Assembly: GCA_043228905.1 (NCBI GenBank)
Contig: JBHGNT010000008.1
Coordinates: forward strand, 16,368,001-16,432,000
DNA from: Azolla caroliniana
Lineage: Eukaryota > Plantae > Polypodiophyta
DNA: 64,000 bases
Reading direction: 5' to 3'
The translations under genes were made by a program, and so were the position numbers. This document shows positions 63,301 to 64,000 of this stretch, one piece after another; within the stretch, counting starts at the first letter, position 1; the number at the start of each line of letters is the position of its first letter. A model generated the notes under the pieces. The model was not told where the DNA came from. It saw only the letters and a program-made list of their open reading frames with translations, and ran no database searches.

Positions 63301-64000
63301 GACACATTATCGACTATGTTGGGACTCTGACATTGTGGTGGGTCAACTCTTGTAGCGAGCACACTAGCACTAGGTACGACTCGATGCCACGACAGTGGTA
63401 TGGGACGCCGATCGAGGCTTGAGTCCATCTCGATCCCTTCGCTCGGGGGTGGTCGGGTGGATCAACACCCTTCTTTCTCTCTCTCTCCTTTCTTATTTTA
63501 TATAAATTATATCCTTGTCTCATGCCTACATTAGTAGCTACGCTCTAACAACACTGATGGGGCGGGCGTTTCCTATAGGGATAGTGTGGTGGATCGGAAA
63601 ACAAATCGAGGGAGGTTGTGTAGGTGGTGTAGACAGCGAGGGAAAGGTAGATAGGAGCCGTCAGATGTCGTGGAGACGCTCTGTCGTTGATACCAGGCAT
63701 TATGCGTTGTTGATGTGGGTGTATCTCGTAGGTTGGTGAAGAGCGCGATTGGAAGGTGATTTGGGAGGATTAGCTGCTGCGAGGAGAAATCGAGACGAGC
63801 CCGGCTATTGAGAAACCAATCGCAACCGAGAGCGATTGGGAACAGTTGTCATGGGAGGACGTAGAAACAGTGTTGGATCTGGGCAGAACTGATGGTGAGC
63901 ATGCACGTGACTTGTGTATGTGAGTGGTACAACCATTGCTAGTCACCGAAGAGGATTTTAATGGGTGGTGCGTGGCTCGTGGGAAGTTGCAGTTGGGCTA
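60307..64000 (-). mobile_element. Ty3/Gypsy element (3' LTR 60307-60521, INT-RH-RT, decayed), running off the window
   Basis: PPT (plus strand attccccct at 60522); SGHLGF..CKSC and WDILGPFP (integrase); QTDASN..EKNYSTTKKELLA (RNase H); LDLASGYWQI, MPFGL and VYLDDIL (RT). Confidence 0.9.
63093..63550. mobile_element. LTR-like insertion (TGTTA..TAACA) interrupting the Gypsy upstream of RT
   Basis: The host reading HTIPIGNARPISV|SNPPLNHQRID resumes on both sides. No TSD recognised. Confidence 0.55.

Overview
Eukaryotic land-plant genomic DNA; a fern is my guess from the repeat families, and that is inference only. The first 15.3 kb holds two aprataxin-family genes on the + strand. One is a 6-exon gene (7731-15299, 791 aa as spliced by hand) with the order PBZ poly(ADP-ribose)-binding zinc finger, P-loop polynucleotide-kinase-like domain, permuted macrodomain, HIT aprataxin, C2HC zinc finger. 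The other is an upstream 3-exon partial tandem duplicate (3323-5207) encoding only the HIT and zinc-finger core, with intact frame and splice sites, flanked by hAT-type MITEs. The remaining ~48 kb is nested, mostly decayed transposons: four Copia pieces; L1- and RTE-like LINE remnants; a full-length Gypsy (33036-43023) with an extra ~1000-codon ORF after pol; a chromovirus remnant; a gag-only, tRNA-Trp-primed LTR element and a related solo LTR, both with 4-bp ACGT-type target duplications; other solo LTRs; hAT MITEs; an apparently endonuclease-less Penelope-like element between direct repeats; and another Gypsy at the right edge. I saw no CRISPR array, rRNA gene or tRNA gene. All domain calls come from motif recognition by eye, not from database searches.
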